Source: Chiloscyllium plagiosum | Taxonomy: Eukaryota | Assembly (NCBI RefSeq): GCF_004010195.1 | Contig: NC_057718.1 | Location: forward strand, 77,206,202-77,270,201 | DNA length: 64,000 nucleotides | Reading direction: 5' to 3' | Shown: positions 1 through 11,899 of the stretch, piece after piece | Numbering within the stretch: position 1 is the stretch's first letter | Layout: every line of letters begins with the position of its first letter | Made by a program: the position numbers and the translations under genes | Notes under the pieces: generated by a model | What the model was told of the DNA's origin: nothing | What the model saw: only the letters and a program-made list of their open reading frames with translations | Database searches by the model: none

Positions 1-1224
1 GTGATCTGTATGGACTTCAGTAAGGCGTTCGACGAGGTTTCCCCATGGGAGACTGATTAGCAAGTTTAGATCTCATGGAATACAGGGAGAACTAGCCATT
101 TGGATACAGAACTGGCTCAAAGGTAGAAGACAGAGGGTGGTGGTGGAGGGTTGTTTTTCAGACTGGAGGCCTGTGACCAGTGGAGTGCCACAAGGATCGG
201 TGCTGGGCCCTCTACTTTTTGTCATTTACATAAATGATTTGGATGCGAACATAAGAGGTACAGTTAGTAAGTTTGCAGATGACACCAAAATTGGAGGTGT
301 ANNNNNNNNNNNNNNNNNNNNNNNNNNNNNNNNNNNNNNNNNNNNNNNNNNNNNNNNNNNNNNNNNNNNNNNNNNNNNNNNNNNNNNNNNNNNNNNNNNN
401 NNNNNNNNNNNNNNNNNNNNNNNNNNNNNNNNNNNNNNNNNNNNNNNNNNNNNNTAGCAGGACTTAATCACTTAATGGTAAGGTCCTAGGGAGTGTTGCT
501 GAACAAAGCGACCTTGGAGTGCAGGTTCATAGCTCCTTGAAAGTGGAGTCACAGATTAGATAGGCTAGTGAAGAAGGCGTTTGGTATGCTTTCCTTTATT
601 GGTCAGAGTATTGAGTACAGGCGTTGGAAGGTCATGTTGTGGCCGTACAGAACATTGGTTAGGCCACTGTTGGAATATTGCGTGCAATTCTGGTCTCCTT
701 CCTATCAGAAAGATGTTGTGAAACTTGAAAGGGTTCAGAAAAGATTTACAAGGATGTTGCCAGGGTTGGAATATTTGAGCTACAGGGAGAGGCTGAACAG
801 GCTGGGGCTGTTTTCCCTGGCGCGTCGGAGGCTGAGGGGTGACCCTATAGAGGTTTACAAAATTATGAGGGGCATGGATAGGATAAATAGACAAAGTCTT
901 TTCTCTGGGGTCGGGAAGTCTAGAACTAGAGGACATAGGTTTAGGGTGAGAGAGGAACGATATAAAAGAGACCTAAGGGGCAACATTTTCATGCAGAGGG
1001 TGGTACGTGTATGGAATGAGCTGCCAGAGGATGTGGTGGAGGCTGGTACAATTGCAACATTTAAGAGGCATTTGGATGGGTATATGAATAGGAAGGGTTT
1101 GGAGGGATATGGGCCGGGTGCTGGCAGGTGGGACTAGATTGGGTTGGGATATCTGGTCGGCATTGACAGGATGAACCGAAGGACCTGTTTCCATCCTGTA
1201 CATCTCTATGACTCTATGACTCTA
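1..1224 (+). mobile_element. CR1-clade (HER1-like) LINE, 3' part of ORF2 (RT domain and C-terminus) plus 3' tail
   Basis: ORFs 137-300 ([30 protein letters not shown]) and 568-1137 (LVRPLLEYCVQFWSP, TRGHRFRV) are typical CR1 ORF2; ends in the (CTCTATGA)n tail at ~1204-1224; spans an assembly gap. Confidence 0.93.
302..454. other. Assembly gap (N run)
   Basis: Run of N inside the CR1 element. Confidence 0.99.
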
Positions 1225-1225
1225 A

Positions 1226-1445
1226 GTACACACCAACCCTCTGAAGAGTAACCCACCCCGACCGATTTCCCTCTGACTAATGCACCTAACACCATGGGCA
1301 ATTTAGCAAGGCCAATTCACCTAACCTGCACATCTTTGGATTGTGGGAGGAAACCAGAGCACCTGGAGAACATTCATGCAGAAGAATGTGCAAACTCCAC
1401 ACAGACAGTTGCCCGGGGCTGGAAACTAACCTGGGGCGCTGGTGC
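1226..1445 (-). mobile_element. HE1-type shark SINE, partial copy
   Basis: Shares GGCAATTTAGCA(T/A)GGCCAATTCACCTAACCTGCACATCTTTGGA and GCAAACTCCACACAGACAG blocks with the other SINE copies in the window. Confidence 0.8.
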
Positions 1446-2641
1446 CTTCGGTCTAACAGTCCCTTCATCTTTTCCATTCATTCTCATCAACTTCAGAAGT
1501 TTTATATTGGTGAATGCTTCAGTCTGGAAAATGATACTTAATTACTTAGATATTTTATTCCTGCAATAAAATTGGTTGTTAATGTCCTTTTTGTTTTTTG
1601 TGAAGGGAGTAAATGGTATAGTATGAGTGCATGCATACATTCATTCATTTGGTCCTCACATAAGCACTGTATACATTATTATGCGTTTGTGCATAATAAA
1701 ACTGTATGGATTTTTTTGTGCAAATCATTGTTTTATTTATTTGAATTTTCAGATCAAATACATTAAAAGTTCAAAAATGTCCTATTGATGTTGAAAATCT
1801 TTAAATGTATATTTTAATATATAAAATATTTTTACATGTACCTTTGTCACTGACTAACTTTCTTCATTATGGTTCAAGTTTAATGCCTTTATCTCCAGGC
1901 TGCTGGGATCAGATTAGATCATTGATTATAAATCAAAGTATTCCTTTAATCATGAGAAATTCACTTTGGCTGAGCATAAACTATTTGTTGAGAGTTTATG
2001 GCACAAGGGGTAGCATTCATACCTCTGAGGCAGAATTTTTATTTTTTGAGCACCACTCTAGAATTGATGGCTACAGAAGGTGCATTCACAACTTGGTCAA
2101 ACAAGTTGATTATCAGATGGTAAGCACGGAAGAATCTCATGGTTAGCCCTCCTTGGTGTGGTGTGGTGCCCTTCAAGCTATATAGTCTTTAGTGATGGGG
2201 AGTGGCAGAATTGTTCCAGGAAAATTTAGTTACAGTTGCATACATATGAAGATGTTTTGTCTGCCTCATATCATTAAGAAATGAGAACATCTGCAAGTCT
2301 GAAATGATTTGTTGCAGTAGTATCCCCTACCTCTGGGATAATGTTGCATGCCACAAATGGTGTTACCACCAGTTCTTCCTGGTAAATGAATTGTGAGATA
2401 TATTCTACTTAATTTGCCAGTTTTAAAATTATATGAAGAATCTTACTTTATGCAGATATCTACTCATAACACGTTTTAAAGTTTCTTGTTTGCATGTGTG
2501 TGGTTAGTGAAATAACTCCAATTACACTAGTGTCCTGTCACCAAGTCACCCTTTATTTAAACATGGAGAGTCCTTGACATTGATCCAGCTCCCTCAAAGT
2601 TAACTCTCAGAGTGAACAGAATGTCAGACACTCCTGTTCTT

Positions 2642-3467
2642 TTTTTTTATTATTTATTTATTTTTTCTTTTCTCTTCTCTTTTTTTTCTTTTCTTTTTTT
2701 TTCCCCATTAACCCCCACACTACCACCTAAGTGCGGTAGTGCTTATTTTATCCCCAGCACCCATGGTGTGTGGATGTAGGTGTGAGACACAGTGAGAGAC
2801 ACAAAGTGCACGAATCTTTATTCAATTTCCACCACCAGGAAGATAGGAAAACACCCGGGTGGCCAGTGACAAACACTGCCCTTCACATCAAAGGGCAGTG
2901 CTGTGTGATCAAAACAGTGAAGGGGAGGGTAGGGACTAAATCAAAATAGAATTGGAGGGAGAAATGATGCACTCCACTCCCTGCGGCGCCCACCTCTCCC
3001 TGAACAACTCCAGGGTGTTGGTCGACACCGCGTGCTCCTTCTCCAAGGACACCCGGGCTCTAACGTAACCGCGGAAGAGGGGCAGGCAGTCGGCCCTAAC
3101 GACCCCCTCCACGGCCCGCTGCCTCGACCTGTTGATGGCCAGTTTGGCCAGGCCCAGGAGCAGACCCACGAGGAGGTCTTCAGACCTGCCCTCCTTCCTC
3201 CGTACCGGGTGCCCAAAGATCAGGAGCGTGGGACTGAAGTGCAGCCAAAAACAGAGGAGAAGGTTTTTAAGGAAATCAAAAAGGGAGTGCAAACGCCCAC
3301 ACCCAATATATACGTGGTCCACGGACTCCACAGCGCCACAGAACAAGCAGTTGGGCTGGGAGTCCGTGAACCACCGCAATCTGCAGTTGCAGGGGACTGC
3401 TGCGTGCAGCACCCTCCACCCCAGATCCCTGAGAGAAAGGGGGAGGACTCCCGCGTAGAGAGCCCTC
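2642..3467 (-). mobile_element. 5'-truncated L1/Tx1-clade LINE inserted into the Gypsy LTR
   Basis: Open 158-aa C-terminal ORF (2936-3412) with zinc-knuckle CLFCGAVESVDHVYIGC; A-rich tail at 2642-2702; 17-bp TSD CAGACACTCCTGTTCTT at 2625-2641 and 3468-3484. Confidence 0.9.
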
Positions 3468-4532
3468 CAGACACTCCTGTTCTTATCTGTCAGTCAGGGC
3501 TTCCTGATTGGACCAGATTAACACCCTCAAATAGGATATTCATTTCTGTGAGGTCCACCTGGCTGTTCCCTCCCCCTCTGAGTCCAAGGACATAGGTCGA
3601 TTCTTTTATTTGTAGTTCCTCCTAGGGCATTTAACCACTAGGTCAGGTTCCTCCAACTCTGCCTCTGATATGGGCAGCATGTAACACGTGGTAGCTCATC
3701 TCTTGCACAAATTCATTCTCTTCTTCAGCCGGCAAAGGGTCGAGGTGGTGATATCCACCATGTTCATCTCAGATTCTAAGATATCTTCAACACTTAATGG
3801 AAAGGTGAACACATGGGTTCTAGAGCAGTTCGAAAGGCAGTTAAGGAGTTGGGCACATTTTCTTCCACACTGTTTGCGAGTTTGCGGCTTTCATATGGTC
3901 CACATGCTTTTCAGGACCGTGGCACCCACCTGAAATTCATACATCACTGGACTTTGTTTCGACCATACCTCTTACCCATGCAGGGCTATTCCTGTTGTTC
4001 CTACACCAAATTTTATCACCGATGTAATCTGTCTCTCTCACTTAGCAGGTTCTTATGTCTGGTATTGGCATTCCTGATGCCGTTTGACCCACCAAGTCCA
4101 GGAAGATGTTCTCCCCACTAGCCACACTGCTAAAACTATCCTTTTAGTTGCGTGAAGGGTGGTTTTATAACCAAATAGGAAAAGGGATAGTTTGGTATCT
4201 AATGAGGCTGTAGGTTGTTTCTTTAAGCCTGCCTGCAAAGTTTGGATTGCTCTTTCTGCCAGATTATTGCATGATGGATGGCATGGAGCTGTCCTTATAT
4301 GTTGAATACCATTCGACTTTAGGAAATATTGTTGGTAAACAGTGGCCCATTATCTGTGACCAACTCTTCCTGGAGTCCACATACCTGGTTCCCTGATGCG
4401 TATTGGTTCTCAGTCTAGCTTAATTTAAGGGTTGGACTCCAGAGTGAATTTTGTTAAAGGGCTCTTCAATCATTGCAATGGCTGCATCAGTATCAACCTC
4501 CATTAGAACCAGGTGACCATCTATCCAGATGT

Positions 4533-4804
4533 TTAGATTAGATTACTTACAGTGTGGAAACAGGCCCTTCGGCCCCACCGACCCTCCGAAGAGCAACCCA
4601 CCCAGACCCATTCCCCTACATTTATCCCTTCACCTAACACTACAGGCAATTTAGCATGGCCAATTCACCTAACCTGCACATCTTTGGACTGTGAGAGGAA
4701 ACTGGAGCACCCGGAGGAAACTCCACACAGACAGTTGCCTGAGGTGGGAATTGAACCCAGGTCTCTGGCACTGTTAGGCAGCAGTGCTAACCACTGTGCC
4801 ACCC
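4533..4804 (-). mobile_element. HE1-type tRNA-derived SINE nested in the Gypsy element
   Basis: - strand begins GGGTGGCACAGTGGTTAGCACTGCTGCC (A box), has B-box-like GGTTCAATTCC, and ends in the (TAATC)n tail. Confidence 0.88.
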
Positions 4805-6982
4805 ATAAATTATTTTAATTTATTCTGATTTAGGTGCTGCTAAGTAATTTAACTGTTCCAAACCAAATGTAGGTGGACTTTCCAGGGTGCGCACCATCTG
4901 GATACTGCCCTATGAGCTCTCCTACTCACTTTACGTCTAGTGAAACTCTTTTGCTATCTTGATTCCACATATCAGAGGCAACCACAAAAGATTGTTGACC
5001 CAGCTCCTAAAGAAAATGTTTGAACTTGAATTCTTTTTTTCCTTTTTCTTTTTTCTGCGTTTTTAGCCCCCCTGCCCTAATATCATCTTCTGAAGCTTCA
5101 AGTCTGATTGACACTGCACCATTAAAGGCTCTCCATGCATGCTAGTTTCCTTTTATTAAATATCAAAGCTGATGTGTTTGATTAGGCAAGAGGGCTGGTG
5201 TGGAGTTGGTCTGAAATGGAATAATTATGTAAGTACTCATTCCAAAATCGATCAGATATGTGAACAGACTTTTCCTCATCTGTATGTCCTTGCCACAACA
5301 GAATGTCCTCCTCTGACTTCCAATGGCACAGGTTCTGACAAACAACAGTGAAATGACACTCATATTCTTATCTGTCATCCAGGGTTCCCTGATTGGACCA
5401 GATTAAGAGCCCCAAACAGGGCACTCATATTATGACCTCATTATAATCACTACAGTTAGTATTTATTTTCTCTGTTGCTGTCTCTAATATGTAAAAACAT
5501 AAACTTCCAATGTATTATCTATAATCCTCAGAAATTATGTTGGCAATTTGGTTAAAGAGAGGGTTACCTGCATCCAATGCATCAAGTCATACTTGTACAG
5601 GAAATAGATAATATTTTAGGCAAACACCTGTCATGGATTTCAGAAGTTATAATTTGGTAAAAGACAGTTAATTAACTTTGATTTCAACTGGGTTATAAGA
5701 CCTAATAAATGGAACAGAAAATGTGTGTCTCTAAAAAGTTGAAATGCATGCTGGAATTGGATAAACTTGAGATTTGGGACCAAACTGAATCTAATAAACC
5801 ATTAATCTTCTGATAAGCTTGAAGAGATTCATGGTCAGCTAGGGTTTCCACCCCGCACACACACATCCTTCGATATCAAGGTCACCATTGACAGCCTAAG
5901 AGATATTTGTTCTTCACATCCCCTCGTATTTGCATTGGGTGTTGAGAACATACATATATTTATGGATTATGAAGATTAGAAAATTGAAAATTTCAGCAAT
6001 TACTGGGATGCAAAGGATTTATCATGTGACTTATTAGAACTCAAAAGTCAAAAGGTCAAGGGAACTTGGGATCATTGTTTACAAAATGCCAGGTGACTTG
6101 AGGAAGGAAGCTTCTAAACAAGAGATGAAAGAATGCGTTATGGCATATAATTGCTGGTCAAATTAACTAGGCTTTAGAGGGGCCCCTATACAAGACTTTC
6201 TGAACTGTTATGTAGGATTCTGCACTTAACAAGCAGCAAAATTATTTTCCTAGCTATGTGCAACTTGCCAGGTCACTGAGATGAATATACATTGAAGAGT
6301 GCTTCTTCCTCCGCATTTCTGTTATATGGAGAACAATTTCAAATTCTCTAATCTTTCTACATATCTGAAGTTCCTCTATGCTTGATGCCATCTGTAATTA
6401 CATTGATACAATTTGCTCCTCCAAAATAGAGTATTTTGACTTGTTAAGAGTTTGGTATCATCTCCTTTTATTTGCAGTTGCCCTCAATTTAAAGATGTTT
6501 CATGTTACAACCCTCAACATCTTTTAAAATTGCATTTTTGCTGATAAGGTGGTATATATCACTATTCAGTGATGTTGATTGAGGAATACATATTGGCAAG
6601 GATACCTGTTTTTTTTAAATAGCAGCATGTATTATTTTATGTTCAGTTGAGAGATAGAATCTTGGTTTACTGGCTCATCTGAAATAAGGCATCTCCAATC
6701 ATTCTTGGTCCTTCAATTCTGCACTGTTACCTGCCTGGATTCTTTGTTCCTGTTGCTGTATCAGAATGAGGGTTTTACAGGACATAAAGCAGAGGAACAT
6801 GTGATCACAGGGTACTGAAGTACCAAAAATAGATCTCAGAACAAATAGCAAATATTTGAGCTGGCAAACCCAACAGTTCAAATAATTTAGGAGCATATTA
6901 CTGCAGATGCTGGAATGTGTAGTGAAAACCAAAAATACTGGAAATTGCAACAGGTCGGGCAGCATCCATGGAAAGAAAGCAA

Positions 6983-7500
6983 GTACAGAATCCAGCATCA
7001 AATGAATTATTGAATCCTGGTCATGCCTGTTATTTGCAAAACTATACAAAACTGCAGTTTCACCTCAACACAAGTTGAACTGAAAATGAAAATGTTGGAG
7101 ATCACAGCAGGTCAGGCAGCATCCATGGAGAAGGGCTTATGCCCGAAGCGTCGATTCTCCTGTTCCCTGGATGCTGCCTGACCTGCTGCGCTTTTCCAGC
7201 AACACATTTCCAGCTCTGATCTCCAGCATCTGCAGACCTCACTTTCTCCTCAAAGAAAGCAAGCTAACATTTCGAGTCTAGATTATTCTTTATCAGTGCT
7301 GACATGAAGCTGATGAAGAGTCATCTTGACTCGAAACGTTAGCTTGCTTTCTCTCCATGGATGCTGCCTGACTTGCTGTGATCTCCAGCATTTTCATTTT
7401 CAGTTCAACTTGTGTTGGGGTGAAACTGCAGTTTTGTATAGTTTTGCGAATAACAGGCATGACCAGGATTCAATAATTCATTTGATGCTGGATTCTGTAC
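6983..7500. repeat. Fold-back inverted repeat built from Penelope-type terminal repeats plus duplicated flank
   Basis: 6983-7131 is the near-perfect reverse complement of 7353-7500; inner arms 7253-7296 and 7310-7352 are also inverted; 7132-7251 is a fragment of a second Penelope-derived repeat. Confidence 0.9.
7310..7345 (+). ncRNA. Minimal hammerhead ribozyme motif (Penelope-associated)
   Basis: CTGATGA-A-GAGTCA-tct-TGACTC-GAAAC-GTT: conserved core, perfect 6-bp stem II and palindromic AACGTT stem III; the stem I 5' strand is truncated at the inversion junction. Confidence 0.7.
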
Positions 7501-9526
7501 TGAAAACCAACAAATGCTGGAGATCACAGCCGGTCAGGCAGCATTCATGGAGAGAGAGAGCAAGCTAATGTTCGAGTCTAGATGACACTTCTTCATAGCT
7601 GACATGAAGTGGGGAGGAACAGCATTTAAAAATTGTAGTTTGGAGGTTGGGAGAGTGGTGTTGATGGTGGGTTAATGGGTGGAGGGTACTGTTGGAGAAA
7701 ATATGTTACTAGTTTACATTAAGTGGCTGGATGTGAGAATGGCAGAACAATGGTGTGTCTCCTGCCAGACTGAAAGGGCAGTAAGGGGGATGGGGAGGGA
7801 ACGACTTGATAACAAGCTAAAAGAAAGGAAACAAATGGTTCACAATTTAATGTTGTTAATCTCAATACAGAAGAACCTTGACTCTTTGAAGTACACAGGC
7901 GGGCAGTATGTCATTCAGTTAATCGAGCTCCAGATAATTGAATGCTGGATAACATAGTTTAGCCAAACATTGGGACGTTGTGACCTTGCCAGATAATCTG
8001 ATATTCGGATAATCAAATGCCGGATATTCGAGGTTCTTCTGTATTAAGTTCAGAAGACTGAAAAGTGCCTCGTCAGAAGCTGAGATTTTGTCGTCCAGTT
8101 TGCGGTGTGTTTCACTAGGACATTGCAGTGTGCCGAAGACAGACATGTGGACATGCGAGTAGGAAGCTGTGTTAAAATGAACAGCTACGGGAAGGTCGGG
8201 ACCCTGCTAGTATGCAGACTGGAGATGTTCCACAAAGTAGTCACCCAGTCTGCATTTTGTTTCTGAAATGTAGAGTAGGCCACATTGGATGCAACAAATA
8301 CAGTACACAGGATTTGAGGAGGTACAAATAAAATGTTGCTTCACCTGGCAAGACTGTTTAGGTCCTCGGATGGTGAGCAGGGAGGAGGTGAAAGGGCAGG
8401 TGTTTCACCTTCTACCGTTAAGTGGGAAGGTGCCGTGGAGAGAGGGGGAAGTGTTGGTGGTTGTGAAATAGACTAGAATGATCCCTGCAAGATGCAGTCG
8501 GGGGAGTGAGGGGAAGGTGTGTTTGGTGGTGATGTTCTGCTGAAGTTGTCTGAAATGGCTGAGATGATCCATTGAATGCGGAGGCTGGTGGGTTGAAAAG
8601 TGAGGACAAGGGGAACCCGATCACGCTGTTGTGAGTGATGGGAAGAGACAAGGGTGGGAGCATGGGTGATAGGTCATATGCGATTGAGGACCCTGTCAAT
8701 CACAGTGGGTGGAAGAAGCAAGCCATATCAGCAGTACTGTTTTGGAAGGTGGCATCACTCAAACAGATGCGATATAGGTGAAGGAACTGGGTGAATGGGG
8801 TGGAGTTCTTGCAGGACGTGGGGTGTGACAAGATTTGGTGAAGTCAGCTATGGGAGTCCATGGCTTTATAGTGGATAGCGGTGGACAGTTTATTCCTCAA
8901 AGTGGAGGTAAAGTGGTCAAAGAAGGGAAGGGAACTGTTGGAAATGTACGATGTGCAAGTTATAGAGGGGGAGAAATTAGAGGCAAAATTAATGAAGTTT
9001 TCAAGGTCCTAGGGAGAGCATGAAACAGCATGGAAGCAGTCGCGATGTACAAAAAAAAAGTTGTGGGAGCAGGCCAGTGTGAGACTGGAACAAGGATTGT
9101 TCCACATACCCCATAAAGCGGCAGGCATTACTGGGACCCGTGCAGGTGCCTATAGTTACTTCTTTGACTTGGCAGAAGTGAGATGAATTAAAAGAGAAAT
9201 TATTCAGTAAGAGAACAGATTCACCCAGACGGGAGGAGAGTGGTGGTGGATGGGGATTGTTCAGGCCTTTGGTTGAGGAAGAAGCCGAGAGCTCTCAGAC
9301 CATCCTGGTGGGGAATGGAGGTATAGAGGGATTGGACATTCATGGTGAAAAGGAGGCAGTTAGGGCCAGGGAACTGGAAATTATCAATATAGGGGAGGGC
9401 ATCAGAGGAATCATGGATGTAGGTGGGCAGGGCCTGGACAAGTGGAAAGAGGATGGAGTCAAGGTAGGAGGAAATGAGTTCAGTGGGGCAGGAACAGGCT
9501 GATATGATGGGTCTACTGGGACAGTC
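7497..9526 (-). mobile_element. Penelope-like retroelement, degenerate (RT plus GIY-YIG region)
   Basis: - strand ORF 9221-9574 has RPIISACSCPTELISSYLD..LFTMNVQSLYTSIPH (PLE RT); 3' terminal repeat at 7497-7610; largely the reverse complement of 9740-11104. Confidence 0.85.
7868..8041. mobile_element. Tc1/mariner (Tigger-like) MITE inserted in the Penelope copy
   Basis: TIRs CAGAAGAACCT(T/C)GA; TA duplicated at 7866-7867 and 8042-8043; removing it restores CTCAATATTAAG, which matches the intact sister copy at ~10738-10750. Confidence 0.85.
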
Positions 9527-11104
9527 TTTCTCTGCTATTTCAGATAACTTCAGCAGAACGCAACCACCCAACATATCTTCCCGTCATTTGCCCCGTCGGC
9601 ATTTCACAGCGATCATTCCCTCCGAGACACCCTACTCTATTGCACAACCACCAACACCACCCCTCCTCCAAGGCCATGTAACCACAGAAGGTGCAACACT
9701 TGTCCCTTCACCTCCCCCTTCACTTGTTCAAGTCTTACATTGGCCCCCACCCACAAATTTTATTTTCAATACATTGACGACTGCTTCAGTGCCACTTCAT
9801 GCTCCCACCAGGACCTTGAAAACTTTGATAATTAGGCCTCCAATTTCCACCCCTCTTTAACTTACACATCATTCATTTTTGACACTTCCCTTCCTTTCCT
9901 TGATCTCTCTGTTTGCATTTCAGGGAATTATCTGTCTACTCCCATCCACTACAACTCCACGGACTCCCATAGCTACCTTCACTACAGCTCATCACACCCC
10001 ACATCCTGGAAGGACTCCATCCCATTCTCCCAGTTCCTTCACCAATGTCATATCAGTTTGGATGGTGCCAACTTCAAAAAAAGTGCTGCTGAAATGACAA
10101 ATCCTTCTTCCAACCAATGTGTTTAACAATGCCCTCAACCGCATCTGACTTATCTCCATGCTTTTACCTTTGCCCCTCCCCATCACCTTCAACTTTACGT
10201 CCAATCATTCTCCGCCATTTCAGACAACTCCAGTAGAATGCTACCACCAAAGACATCTTCCCCTCACTTTCCTGTCTGCATTTCATAGGGATCATTCCCT
10301 CCAGGACACCCTAGTCCTTTCCACAATCACCAATACTACCCATCAATTCCACGGCACCTTCCCATGTAACCACAGAAGGTGCAACATCTGGCCTTTCACC
10401 TCCTTCCTGCTCACCATCCAAGGGCCTAAACAGTCACGCCAGATGAAGCAGCATTTCACCTGCATCTCCTCCAAACCGCGTATTGTATTCACTGCATCCA
10501 ATGTGGCCTACCCTACACTGGAGAAATCAAATGCAGACTGGGTGACTGCTTTGCGGAACATCTCCAGCGTGTGCGCAAGCACAGCCCTGACTTTCCCACA
10601 GCTGGTCATTTTAACAGTTTCCTGCTCGCATGCCCACTTGTTTTGTCCTTGGCATGCTGCATTATTCCAGTGAAACACAGCACAAACTGAAGGAACAACA
10701 TCTCATCTTTAGACTAGTCTCTTTACAGCTTTCTGGACTTAATATTGAGTTTAATACCTTTAAACAGTGAACCATTTGTTTCCTTTCTTTTAGCTTGTTA
10801 TCATGTCATCCCCTTCCCCATCCCACTTTCTCCTTTCAAGTCTGACAGGAGACACACCATTGTTCTTCCATTCTCACATCCTGATCATTTAATGTAAGCT
10901 ACTAACATCTTTTCTCCAACAGCACCCTCCACCACCCACCCTCACCACCACCCCCCTCCCCAAACTATCACATAAATGCTGTCCCCTTCACATTTCATTT
11001 CAGCTCTGATGAAGCGTCATCTAGACTTGAAACATTAGCTTACTCTCTCTCTTTGAATGCTGCTTGACTCACTGTGATCTCCAGCATTTGTTGTTTTAAG
11101 TGCA
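9527..11104 (+). mobile_element. Penelope-like retroelement, degenerate, head-to-head with the 7497-9526 copy
   Basis: RT thumb and GIY-YIG remnants (TFPCNHRRCN, Y.GE..RL...F.EHL-like at ~10510-10565); 3' terminal repeat with hammerhead-like agctCTGATGAagcgtcatctagacttGAAACATTagct at 11002-11040; 9527-9735 duplicates a segment similar to 10205-10410. Confidence 0.85.
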
Positions 11105-11899
11105 TGTAGTTTATTGTGAAGTGACGATGGCCTGGACTTTCCAATGGTCTTCACGACCCTGATGTCAAAACTAAAAAGTTGGTCCCAAGGTTAGTCACTG
11201 GATAATCACATTGTTACATTTATTATTAAGGTTAAGAAAAAATAGGTGGTAACTATTAATTGTCTAAGAACATCTATAGGGAACACATGTAATATTGGAG
11301 GGTAGAAGGAGCTGTAAATAAACTCTATCCACAAAACAAAATGTCTTTTCTATGTCACTGGCTGGCTTAGATCCAGATGAGATCAGTTTCAGACAATGAT
11401 TGCCTAAACGTGAGGAAACAAAATATTTCCATCTACTTTTAAAGGGGGAAGGCGGGGGTTGGGAACATGTCAGCCATTAACAAGATAGCTCACTGGATCA
11501 CCTATCAATCAGTTTATTAAGGGTGGATACCATGCCTCATTGCATGCCTTGACGCTGAGGCTGCCAGCTCGTTTGAGATAGGTAGTTGGGAAGTTGGTAA
11601 GAAGAAGCGTTTTAACTAACACTCATTGACTACTTGCATGTCGCAGTTGTTGGCAAGTTGAGAAAATTGTCCATGGGAAGTTCTTGCCAGCAGATAAATG
11701 CTGAGGTGGCAAGAAGGTGAGTTTATCTTCAGGGCCAACTCATTCCATCATTTCCCCTTTTCACTAATTCAAGGGAGGGGAAAAGAGTTCAGAAGGAATT
11801 TATATTTTAAATTAGTATTAGATATTCTTCTCAAATGAAGTATGGATGTTCTGTGAAGCTGAATCTCCACAGAAGGAAAGATGAAGTTGAAAAACAGAC

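Larger units (their letters stand above)
2508..5454 (-). mobile_element. Internally deleted Gypsy LTR retrotransposon with 5-bp TSD (GTTAG)
   Basis: TG...CA termini; GTTAG at 2503-2507 and 5455-5459. LTR pieces at 2508-2641 plus 3485-3565 and ~5354-5454 match the solo LTR at 19966-20188. Purine tract at ~3565-3578 (- strand). Integrase remnants (NNLAERAIQT, LFLFGYKTTLHAT, ~4050-4380) and a protease-like VDTDAA (~4480-4500). Confidence 0.85.

Noticed and set aside
137..471. ORFs with long X runs
   Set aside because: Artefacts of the N gap.
3032..3595. 187-aa + strand ORF
   Set aside because: Antisense shadow of the GC-rich Tx1 ORF running into LTR sequence.
6699..7568. Duplicated peptide YSFANNRHDQDSIIHLMLDSVL on both strands
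   Set aside because: Consequence of the inverted repeat; no coding evidence.
11002..11040. Active hammerhead in the Penelope 3' repeat
   Set aside because: The core is present but stem II is mismatched and the stem III palindrome is broken (AACATT), so it is probably inactive.
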